Shown piece after piece: positions 7,671 to 15,359 of a stretch of 64,000 nt of DNA. How positions within the stretch are numbered: position 1 is the first letter of the stretch; each line of letters opens with the position of its first letter. Made by a program: the position numbers and the translations under genes. Source of the DNA: an uncultured delta proteobacterium. Its GTDB lineage: Bacteria > Desulfobacterota > Syntrophobacteria > Syntrophobacterales > Syntrophobacteraceae. The notes under the pieces were generated by a model. It was given only the letters and a program-made list of their open reading frames with translations. It was not told the origin of the DNA and made no database searches. The stretch is taken from assembly GCA_963741035.1 (NCBI GenBank), contig CAVUGX010000043.1, positions 25,899 through 89,898 of the forward strand, given 5' to 3'.

Positions 7671-8603
7671 GTGAAAGGAAAGAATAAAGTGAAAAACAAA
7701 GCCGGTTTTACTCTTATCGAACTTATTGTTACATTGGTTATTATTGGTATCGTAGCTGCCATTGCCGGCCTTGGGGTCCCGATGTATGCCCGAAGTTATC
7801 TGTTTGTGCGGAATAACTCGGCTATAAGCCAGAAAGCCCAAATAGCCCTGGTAAGGATAGGGCGGGAGCTTGTCGATTTGCAGTCCATTACCTCAACCAG
7901 TTCATCCCCTACGAGTATTACGTACACCAGGCTGTCCACCAGCCAGGCTATAATGACCCAGACTCTCGCGTATAATTCAACGAACAAAACGATCACGCTG
8001 CTCAGCACGGGCGGACCGTTTTCCGAATCTGCCAATACTTTGCTCGATAATGTGACTGCTTTTACGTTGTCTTATTATGCGGGGAGTTCGGCGTGGGTTA
8101 GCGGGACCAGCAGCCTCAACCTGCTCTCCACTATTGCGATAAGTATCACGGAGACGGGCACCGGCGTGTATGGCAGTAGCTCTACGACAACTTTTACGAC
8201 TACCGTCAGTCCGCGTAATAATGGGAACACAGGCGGCGTAGCTCCGCCTACTCCCTCGACCCAACCGGCTTTCACCAAGAATTGCTTCGTCGCAACCGCC
8301 GCTTACGGGCAGGTGGACCATCCCACGGTCGTGCTGCTGAGGGAATTCAGGGACCGGTTTCTTCAGAAGTGCTATTTGGGCAGGTGTTTCATCGATGCGT
8401 ACTATAAAGTCGGACCGTCTTTGGCGGACGTGATCCGAAATCGTCCATGGGCCTGTTTTGCAACACGTGTGTTGCTGTCGCCCGTTGCGGGAATGGTTCT
8501 TTTGATGATGTACTTTCCGGCATCGATTCCGGTGATTTTCATCATTTCCTGGGGCAGCTTTTATTTCATGCGTCGTAAATGTTTAAGACTCAAGGATCGA
8601 TAG
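7671..8603 (+). CDS. Prepilin-type minor pilin fused to a C-terminal CFIATAAYG-type (CFI-box-like) membrane-anchored domain
   Basis: The start is GTG, and an alternative GTG at 7689 would give MKNKAGFTLIE. The N-terminus has AGFTLIELIVTLVIIGIVAAIAG. From 8283 the sequence is CFVATAAYGQVDHPTVVLLREFRDRFL...YYKVGPSLA, followed by hydrophobic segments. Confidence 0.75.
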   Translation: MKGKNKVKNKAGFTLIELIVTLVIIGIVAAIAGLGVPMYARSYLFVRNNSAISQKAQIALVRIGRELVDLQSITSTSSSPTSITYTRLSTSQAIMTQTLAYNSTNKTITLLSTGGPFSESANTLLDNVTAFTLSYYAGSSAWVSGTSSLNLLSTIAISITETGTGVYGSSSTTTFTTTVSPRNNGNTGGVAPPTPSTQPAFTKNCFVATAAYGQVDHPTVVLLREFRDRFLQKCYLGRCFIDAYYKVGPSLADVIRNRPWACFATRVLLSPVAGMVLLMMYFPASIPVIFIISWGSFYFMRRKCLRLKDR

Positions 8604-8605
8604 GC

Positions 8606-10684
8606 ATGCTGAAGGATCAAAAAGGGTCGGTACTCATCGCAGCTATCGTGACCATAGCCGTCATGGGAATCCTGATGGCCGCCATGACTGCATTTCTACC
8701 GACGTCCAGTTGGGGTCCGTCAAATAGTTATGCTTCCAAAAAGGCTTATTATATGGCCGAATCAGGCTATAGATACGCATCCTCTCAGTTTATCCATGCG
8801 AGCACTGGAACCAGCGCGGCAGCACAAGCCGCTAAGTTTGCGGAACTTAATACGCTTAATGGTTTACAGGGTGCATCAGCGGTGAACGTTAAAGCCGGGA
8901 GCGGATCGGCCGGCAAATTCGCGCTGACCGTCACACCTTATTTCTTGACCTTCAGTAACGGCTACTCTTCCACGAGCAGTTCTTTGTCGGTGGCGCTGCA
9001 ATATCCAGGTACGGCGCCTGCCACAGCCTACCAGCTACCCGCCGCCTCCGGTGCATTGGACGTTAGCACTACTACTATACCATCGGTAGTAACCTACACC
9101 AACTGCTCATCGACTAAAATCGGCTTTTCATTGACGATATCAAGCCTTCCCAATTCGGTTTTGGCTTATAACAGCGTCCGATATGCAACACAACCAACGA
9201 GCGCAGCTACGGTTCAGAAGGGCGGCAATCTTACTTTGACTAATGCAGGGCCATTTCCATCAACAAATGGAACTTTTAGAACAAAGACCGGCGTTGTATA
9301 TGCCTACCAATCTAAATCAGGAAATACTCTCCAGAATATAACTTTTAGCGACAGCAGTAATCCGGGTACTAATATGCCACTGACGGTTGCTGCGACCGAT
9401 TATATAGTATCCAACGAATATGTTCAGATAGCTTCTACCGGAACGGTATCCTCAGGAAGCGCCACATTATCGGATACGGTAAATTATTATGTACCCCTTG
9501 GATTTGTCCAGACCCCGAGCACTGGTTCTTCCTCTCCCTCGCCGCCAACATTGACAGGCAGTCCTGATACAATGAACTCTGCCACCGACCCCGGTTTTGC
9601 CGGCGTGGTTTCGGGAGCAGCTGCGTTTAATGTTAGCGATCCTAATAATTCCGGTAATAAATATTTGCAGATGACTTCAGTAAGTGGAGATACTGCGTAT
9701 GAGAATGATATCGGACTCGGCAGCAATAGTGGATCTCTGGCACTGTTGCCTCTAAACAGTTCACTTTTAAATAGCCTCAGTTCTGCATGGAACAATGGGA
9801 ATCATTATTATGAGGCACAGGTAAAGGTTAGCACTTATCAAACTAACTATAATAACCTGCCTAATTACCTGGCTGGAATTAATTTTGGGTTGAAACAATC
9901 CGGAAGCTCATATTATGGTTATGGAATTTCATTTGCTTACTTTCCATCTGGTGCTACTACTAGTAAGAGTAATATGGATGGTATACCCGCTGGACTGTTG
10001 CCCAATAATAACTTAACAGGCCAACAAATGATTTTGTTATGGGAAAACACGCAGAATAACGGGTTCCAGTGGATCGCCTACCAGACGCTGCCATCCCCCA
10101 TTTCTAACGGCAGCACTAACCCGGGTATCGAGAATTGGACCACTCTGTTGGTAAGTATTAACGAGATAGATACGGGAAGCGGATCACCATACAATTTGAT
10201 CAGGGCCTACTACGGAACTGTCACGAACCAGGGGACTGGTCAAAATACTATCCCGACCGACAATAACAGCGGTTCAGATCCACTATGGGGTGCCACCCCA
10301 AGTCCCAACTGGGTGCCTCTCGATGCAACGGCAACGCACTGGACAACCGGCTGTAACGGTGGAAGCTGCGATAATTACACGCTTGTAAACTGGACCGCTG
10401 TCAATTCCAGTTCAACCGCCAATCTCGCCCCGTCCTCCGTCTTACCAAGCGGAGACAGTGCGGAGACAGGCTGCGTTATTCAGGACTCCACATTTACAAC
10501 GGGAGCTTCCGGCTCCCTTACCAGCCCGGTGATCGCTTTGCACGTGGCAGGGAGCTACGGTTGCAGCGGTATTATTATCTTTGGCTCTTGTAATAGTATC
10601 AATATCGGTTTTGATGATTTTGCTATTGGAGCACTGGGTGGAAATAATTATACAATAGGTTTTACATCACCGATTGAGCAATGA
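8606..10684 (+). CDS. Large Ser/Thr/Asn-rich pilus-associated protein with a PilX_N-like hydrophobic N-terminus (candidate tip adhesin, MshQ/PilY1 analogue)
   Basis: The start was moved to the ATG at 8606, directly after the upstream stop. The N-terminus is KGSVLIAAIVTIAVMGILMAAM, with no G-F cleavage site. The rest is 692 aa of low-complexity extracellular-type composition. It is the last gene of the pseudopilin operon. Confidence 0.6.
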   Translation: MLKDQKGSVLIAAIVTIAVMGILMAAMTAFLPTSSWGPSNSYASKKAYYMAESGYRYASSQFIHASTGTSAAAQAAKFAELNTLNGLQGASAVNVKAGSGSAGKFALTVTPYFLTFSNGYSSTSSSLSVALQYPGTAPATAYQLPAASGALDVSTTTIPSVVTYTNCSSTKIGFSLTISSLPNSVLAYNSVRYATQPTSAATVQKGGNLTLTNAGPFPSTNGTFRTKTGVVYAYQSKSGNTLQNITFSDSSNPGTNMPLTVAATDYIVSNEYVQIASTGTVSSGSATLSDTVNYYVPLGFVQTPSTGSSSPSPPTLTGSPDTMNSATDPGFAGVVSGAAAFNVSDPNNSGNKYLQMTSVSGDTAYENDIGLGSNSGSLALLPLNSSLLNSLSSAWNNGNHYYEAQVKVSTYQTNYNNLPNYLAGINFGLKQSGSSYYGYGISFAYFPSGATTSKSNMDGIPAGLLPNNNLTGQQMILLWENTQNNGFQWIAYQTLPSPISNGSTNPGIENWTTLLVSINEIDTGSGSPYNLIRAYYGTVTNQGTGQNTIPTDNNSGSDPLWGATPSPNWVPLDATATHWTTGCNGGSCDNYTLVNWTAVNSSSTANLAPSSVLPSGDSAETGCVIQDSTFTTGASGSLTSPVIALHVAGSYGCSGIIIFGSCNSINIGFDDFAIGALGGNNYTIGFTSPIEQ

Positions 10685-10730
10685 AATGTCGTGAGCGTTC
10701 ACCGCAATAACTCATACCAATAATCCGCAG

Positions 10731-10964
10731 ATGAGCAAAGATGTTTCAAAGAGAAATGAAAAAACTTATGCCGTGATTGGGGCCGCAATGACGATTCATG
10801 GCGAGTGGGAACATAGTTTTCCGGAGTCTGTTTAGCAGGAATCACTGGGAAGGCAGCTTGCGGCTCGCAGAATTCCGTGCGAGCGGGAATACCTTATGCC
10901 CGTGTTCTATCGGAGGTATTCTCTCCCAAAATCATCTGCGCTAATCTGCGACATCTGCGGATAA
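10731..10964 (+). pseudogene. GxxExxY (PD-(D/E)XK) protein pseudogene, truncated and carrying an in-frame stop
   Basis: The translation is MSKDVSKRNEKTYAVIGAAMTIHGEWEHSFPESV*QESLGRQLAARRIPCEREYLMPVFYRRY... A TAG at 10833 replaces the Tyr of the GxxExxY motif, and the C-terminal half of the family is missing. Confidence 0.7.
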
Positions 10965-11022
10965 AGAGTCACGATAGTCTGCGGTTGATTCAAGTCCTGG
11001 TGAACCGGTATGAAATATCAGC

Positions 11023-12606
11023 CTAATTTGGTTTCACATGTTCATCCGTGGCGGATTGTTCCTGCCCCGTGAGGCGCCTGCCGCTCCAGACCGTCGGCGT
11101 TACCTCGTGCCATTCGAGGCCTTCGATTTTAGGCTGTTCGCGGCGGACGAGGACCATCCTGTCCTTTTGAGTCATTTTTCCCACCCACGGGGTATAACTC
11201 TCGGGTTTTCCATTGGTGAGCTGGATATGACGGTATATTTTCAGGTCGTCATCGGGCATCCATATAGGCTCGAATCCAAGAACGTATTTCCATTCACTGT
11301 GCGGGTTGTTGTAAAATATATTGTAGAAAGCATCCATACTATCGTTGTAGAGTATCCCTCCCGGTTCCGGGAGCCATTCTCTTTGCTCTGTGTCGGACAT
11401 GTTCGGCCATGGGACTCCGGTCATGGCGGTCCAACGGCTGCCGCGGTCGTTGCTCAGCCCCAGAAAAAGCGAAAGGCAGACCGCAACTACCACCACCAGC
11501 CTGCGGGGGTCGAACTCCCCTATGTGTCTTTCCATTACCCCTTCAATTTCCGCTGCTGTCCAAAAAGCAACTGCGGGCCAACCCCAGTCACTCCAGAACC
11601 GCACGGCGACAAAACCCAATACCCAGCACAAAACGCCAAGGATGAATACGGGATTGTCCACGCAGTCATTGTTCCATTGCCCGCGCGCGGTTCTCCATAG
11701 CAACATGGCCGCAACCACTGCGACTGCAAATGGAGCGCCGTCAAAGGGTTGAAACTCGGACACGAGCTGTCTTTGGAAATCGATATGTCCCATCGCCTGC
11801 AATGCGTGGTAGATCATCTGGTGCAGGAAAGTCAGGGGGCTGCCGGTAAAAGTCGCCCCCAGTAGTATGCCCGCCACCACGGCCGCAGCCATGAGGGCCG
11901 AGACCCTCCACTGCCTGGCCAGGCCAAGCGCGCATATAGGCAGGACAAGCAAGTACCATGTGCCGTGGATCCATGTGCTCAAGGCGGATACGACCGCAAA
12001 AACAGCCAATTCGGCAATGGGTGCTTTCTTGTCCCGGATCTTTGTCCATAAAAAACAGAACACCACGACCAGAAACATGCTGAAGATAAAGGGCCTTCCA
12101 AATAAAAGGCGACTCACCGTCCCAAGGGAAAATACCGAAAATATCAGCAGCGATAAAATCCAGGCCTCGGGACGTTTGAACAAAAAGACCGGGGGGACCA
12201 CAAAAAGGAGAAACAAAAACAGGACGGAAAAATTGAGCAGCAGCGTGGAATCGGGCCGCGTTAGCCTGGAGACCTGTTTTAGAATTAAGTGCCACCCTGG
12301 ATGACTGTCCATGGTGATCTCTTCGCGCACAACCAGGATGTCCTGCCATTCTTTGCCGGAAATCACCTTGGCGACGTGCCTCAGGGCATCGTCAACGGGT
12401 GAGAACCCGTGACCCAAAATCTGCAGGCAAGTTAAGAGGAGTGCGGCAAGGCAAATGAGGAGAACGGCCGACCTGAGGACTTTTTCAAGGGCTTTAAGAC
12501 TGACATCATTTATGGGCGCCGATATTGAAAGCTGTGCGCCGCTTATGGGCGAAATACTCAGATTTCTGACTCTTGATCGGACTCCGTGAGACGGATAATC
12601 ATTCAA
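11023..12606 (-). CDS. Polytopic integral membrane protein with a C-terminal soluble domain, encoded directly downstream of pilA (possible GT-C-like pilin-modifying enzyme)
   Basis: By eye there are about 11-13 hydrophobic segments. A VDDALRH motif sits in the first extracytoplasmic loop. The ~130 aa C-terminal domain is hydrophilic and Trp/Tyr-rich. No family could be assigned from the sequence alone. Confidence 0.5.
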   Translation of the reverse strand: MNDYPSHGVRSRVRNLSISPISGAQLSISAPINDVSLKALEKVLRSAVLLICLAALLLTCLQILGHGFSPVDDALRHVAKVISGKEWQDILVVREEITMDSHPGWHLILKQVSRLTRPDSTLLLNFSVLFLFLLFVVPPVFLFKRPEAWILSLLIFSVFSLGTVSRLLFGRPFIFSMFLVVVFCFLWTKIRDKKAPIAELAVFAVVSALSTWIHGTWYLLVLPICALGLARQWRVSALMAAAVVAGILLGATFTGSPLTFLHQMIYHALQAMGHIDFQRQLVSEFQPFDGAPFAVAVVAAMLLWRTARGQWNNDCVDNPVFILGVLCWVLGFVAVRFWSDWGWPAVAFWTAAEIEGVMERHIGEFDPRRLVVVVAVCLSLFLGLSNDRGSRWTAMTGVPWPNMSDTEQREWLPEPGGILYNDSMDAFYNIFYNNPHSEWKYVLGFEPIWMPDDDLKIYRHIQLTNGKPESYTPWVGKMTQKDRMVLVRREQPKIEGLEWHEVTPTVWSGRRLTGQEQSATDEHVKPN

Positions 12607-12693
12607 GTCGCGTGAACCTCCCGAATTTCACAAACTCTTGGATCGACGCAATTCAGTTGGAGGATCGTTCCGGACCGGGGAAGTTTCCGTGCC

Positions 12694-12721
12694 GGGCGCG
12701 GCCAACGAGTTGGCCGCGCCC
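12694..12721 (-). terminator. Perfect 12-bp GC-rich hairpin between pilA and the downstream membrane-protein gene (attenuator/terminator candidate, no U-tract)
   Basis: The hairpin gggcgcggccaa-cgag-ttggccgcgccc was read directly from the sequence. Confidence 0.35.
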
Positions 12722-12849
12722 GAGGCTGGAGGTGGTGACTGCCCCGAGTCCCGCTCTCGCCCGCTACCCGCCTTATCGCCCGTCAGTTCAGAGCACCTGA
12801 TACAACAGGCTGTAGACTCCACCAGAGAGCAACGAACATGGCCCGGCGG

Positions 12850-13260
12850 CTATGGGACCAGGACCACCGACTTTGTGTTACCGGAAGTGGGCATCGTCGC
12901 ACCGGGGGTAGTGGGTACAACAGAAATGTTGATAGCAACATTGCCCGTGCCCGCCGTATAAGTGGCGTTGTAATCTCCAAGATTCGTATAATTAGTACCA
13001 GTGGTGAGTGCAGTCACCAAGGCGGCTGAAGTGGTGATGGCTGTCCCCCCGTTGATCAACGAATTTGCATACACCATGGCGACATTGGAAGCCGCTGCGG
13101 CCGCTGCACCCTGAGCAGCCGTGGAGGCTGCCGATGCCTGCATGCTCATGTATTTGGGAATGGCCACTGCGGCCAAAATACCCAAAATCACCAACACGGC
13201 GATGATTTCGATCAACGTAAAACCTTTTTGATTCCTCAATACACTCTTCCTCTTTTTCAT
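12850..13260 (-). CDS. pilA: Type IVa major pilin
   Basis: The leader is MKKRKSVLRNQKG followed by FTLIEIIAVLVILGILAAVAIPKY. The protein is short at 136 aa with an Ala/Thr-rich C-terminal region. A sigma54-type promoter lies upstream. Confidence 0.9.
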   Translation of the reverse strand: MKKRKSVLRNQKGFTLIEIIAVLVILGILAAVAIPKYMSMQASAASTAAQGAAAAAASNVAMVYANSLINGGTAITTSAALVTALTTGTNYTNLGDYNATYTAGTGNVAINISVVPTTPGATMPTSGNTKSVVLVP

Positions 13261-13330
13261 TTCTCCGCTCCTCTGAACATGAAATCAATATAAAGCTGCG
13301 CAGTAATATTCCCCATTTACATTTATGGAG

Positions 13331-13347
13331 AAGCACATTTCGTACCA
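13331..13347 (-). promoter_or_regulatory. Sigma54 (-24/-12) promoter candidate for pilA
   Basis: The minus strand reads TGGTACGAAATGTGCTT against the consensus TGGCACG-N4-TTGCW. The GG-N10-GC spacing is exact. It lies about 70 nt upstream of the pilA ATG. Confidence 0.6.
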
Positions 13348-13391
13348 ACAACCCACGCGGGCGTTGATCCCGCTGGTTTTCTTTCCGGCTG

Positions 13392-14618
13392 TCACTTGTT
13401 TACCAACTTCATCAAGTCCCACATGGGGAGGAAAATTGCAAAAGCAAAGAAACCGACGACACCTGCAAGACCAACGATCAGAACCGGCCCGATCGCCTCG
13501 GAGAGCCTTTTTACGGAGTAGGCGACCTCATCGTCGTAGTGTGCCGAGATTTCCCGGAGCATTCCGTCCAGGTTGCCGGACTCCTCCCCTATGGCGACCA
13601 TGTTTATCACCATCGGGGTGAAATACTTGGAGGAACTCAGTGGGCCGGCTATTCCCCGGCCTTCTTCGACACGCCCGCGGATGCGGTCGAACTGCCGGCC
13701 GATTGCAGTATTGCCGATTGTTCCGGAAAGGATATTCAATGAGTCGAGCACGGGAACACCGCTCGATTGGAGTATTGCGAAGATGCTGGAAAAGCGGGAC
13801 ATCGCGGTCTTGACAAAAAGCGGCCCCAAAATGGGTATTTTCAGGACCATGGAATCCTTGAGGAACCTTCCCCGCTCGGTTTTTTTGACGCAGTAAACCA
13901 GCCCAATCACAAGGCCCGCTATCCCCGCGACCAGCAAATACCAGTAAGCGGTGATTAAATGGTTGAGCAGCATGCAGACCAGGGTCGGCCAGGGCAGTTC
14001 GAGATTTGCGCTCTGAAAAACCGTGGCGAACTTGGGGACAACAAAGGTGAGGAGGAAAAAGAAAGCGCCGACAAGGGCTATGACAACGGTCGCGGGATAT
14101 TGCAGGGCCGACTTTATGTCGGACTTCACCCGGTTCTCGTGTTCGATAATATAGGTCAGCCGGGTGAGCACCTCCGGCAGCGCGCCGCTGGACTCGCCGG
14201 CGCGGACCATGCTGCAGTAGAGGTTGGAAAATGTCTTATGTTTTCGGAACGCGTCGTAAAGTGTGGCGCCTTCCTTGATGTCGGCAGACATTGTTGCAGT
14301 GATCTTCTTAAGCTTTTTGTTCGGACTCTGGTTTTCAAGCACCTGCAGGAGCTGCAGGATGGGCACCCCGGCCTGGAGAAGGGTTCGAAACTGTTTCGTG
14401 AAGAGGATAAGCTCCGGTGGACGGACGACGCTCAGTTTTTCGTCAATCGAGGAAAGGGCAGTGCCCTGTGATTGTGATGCCTTTGCTTCGGTCACGCCGG
14501 CGGGGATAAGCCCCCGGTCCGCCAGGATGTTCTGCGCCATTTCGGCCGAATCGGCTTCGATAGTGCCCGACAGGGTCTTGCCGGATTCGTTGATGGCCTG
14601 GTACGCAAACTTTTGCAC
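13392..14618 (-). CDS. pilC: Type IV pilus platform protein PilC / MshG (GspF family)
   Basis: The protein has 408 aa with the duplicated T2SS-F domain architecture and 3 TM segments. The start is GTG. It sits beside pilB and pilA. Confidence 0.9.
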   Translation of the reverse strand: MQKFAYQAINESGKTLSGTIEADSAEMAQNILADRGLIPAGVTEAKASQSQGTALSSIDEKLSVVRPPELILFTKQFRTLLQAGVPILQLLQVLENQSPNKKLKKITATMSADIKEGATLYDAFRKHKTFSNLYCSMVRAGESSGALPEVLTRLTYIIEHENRVKSDIKSALQYPATVVIALVGAFFFLLTFVVPKFATVFQSANLELPWPTLVCMLLNHLITAYWYLLVAGIAGLVIGLVYCVKKTERGRFLKDSMVLKIPILGPLFVKTAMSRFSSIFAILQSSGVPVLDSLNILSGTIGNTAIGRQFDRIRGRVEEGRGIAGPLSSSKYFTPMVINMVAIGEESGNLDGMLREISAHYDDEVAYSVKRLSEAIGPVLIVGLAGVVGFFAFAIFLPMWDLMKLVNK

Positions 14619-14647
14619 GTTGCACTAACTCCAAAAAAGCAAAGACC

Positions 14648-14674
14648 TCTCACCGCAGAGGCGCAGAGAAAAAC
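14648..14674. repeat. Collapsed solo arm of the GxxExxY cassette repeat (ctcaccgcagag|gcgcagagaaaaac)
   Basis: It equals the first 12 nt and last 14 nt of the 14760-14848 arm joined at the internal GCAGAG direct repeat. Confidence 0.5.
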
Positions 14675-14759
14675 CCTGGATAGCAATACCTCACCACCAA
14701 TAACGGTATATTGCCGGAATCTCTTCAAAGATTTTTTATTAGGGATTTAAGAAAGACAC

Positions 14760-14848
14760 TTCACCGCAGAGTCGTTCGACAATTCCAAAAAACCAGCAGC
14801 TTACTTCGAGGGGCTGCGGTCGATCTTTAGAGCGCGCAGAGAAAAACT
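14760..14848. repeat. Left inverted-repeat arm (~88 nt) of the GxxExxY cassette
   Basis: The sequence ttcaccgcagagtcgttcgacaattccaaaaaaccagcagcttacttcgaggggctgcggtcgatctttagagcgcgcagagaaaaa is the reverse complement of 15251-15338, with about 12 mismatches. Confidence 0.8.
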
Positions 14849-14894
14849 ACAGACGGAAGTACCTCTTTATTCTTTCAAGCCCAGGACAACTCGT

Positions 14895-15251
14895 TTAATT
14901 CCATCCTTGAGCAGCGGTACATCTCGCGAAGCGTCGAGACTTCTCATTTGATCCGCCAACCTTGAGATATGTAAGAAGCTGCGCTTCGTGAATCGGCAGG
15001 AGCACCTCGACTGCCTTGATCTCTACGACAACAGAGTTCGACACGAGTAAATCGAGGCGATAACCGCAATCGAGTCTGGCTTCTTTAAAAACAACCGGCA
15101 ATGGTTTCTGTCGTTCAAAGCAAACCGCACGCAGCCCCAATTCATGGCAGAGACATTCCTCATACGCGGACTCCAAAAGACCGGCTCCCAAAGCTCGGTG
15201 CACCTCGACAGCCGCCCCAATGATCTCTTTTGTCAGTTCATTGAATGGCAT
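14895..15251 (-). CDS. GxxExxY protein (PD-(D/E)XK nuclease superfamily), probable frameshift near the C-terminus
   Basis: The sequence is MPFNELTKEIIGAAVEVHRALGAGLLESAYEECL...HEAQLLTYLK. The family-typical tail PLLKDGIKRVVLGLKE is encoded in the +1 frame and ends at 14868, so the gene is either a pseudogene or there is a sequence error. Confidence 0.75.
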   Translation of the reverse strand: MPFNELTKEIIGAAVEVHRALGAGLLESAYEECLCHELGLRAVCFERQKPLPVVFKEARLDCGYRLDLLVSNSVVVEIKAVEVLLPIHEAQLLTYLKVGGSNEKSRRFARCTAAQGWN

Positions 15252-15338
15252 TTTTTCTCTGTGCTCTCTAAAGATAGACCGTAGCCCCTCGTAGTAGGCC
15301 ACCGGATTTTTGGAATTGTCGAACGGCTCTGCGGTGAA
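15251..15338. repeat. Right inverted-repeat arm (~88 nt) of the GxxExxY cassette
   Basis: It is the reverse complement of 14760-14848, and it begins at the predicted start codon of the GxxExxY ORF. Confidence 0.8.
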
Positions 15339-15359
15339 TTGCTTTTCGTTCTTTGTTTT

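Noticed and set aside
11038-12349. Alternative-frame ORFs (220 aa plus strand, 202 aa minus strand) within 11023-12606
   Set aside because: They overlap the 527 aa membrane-protein frame. That frame has consistent hydrophobic periodicity and extends over the full length, whereas the alternatives are Arg/Pro-rich.
12573-12961. Small ORFs (75-107 aa) in and around the pilA downstream spacer
   Set aside because: They overlap the pilA coding region in antisense or span the GC hairpin. Their composition is Pro/Arg/Gly-rich and no start context is present.
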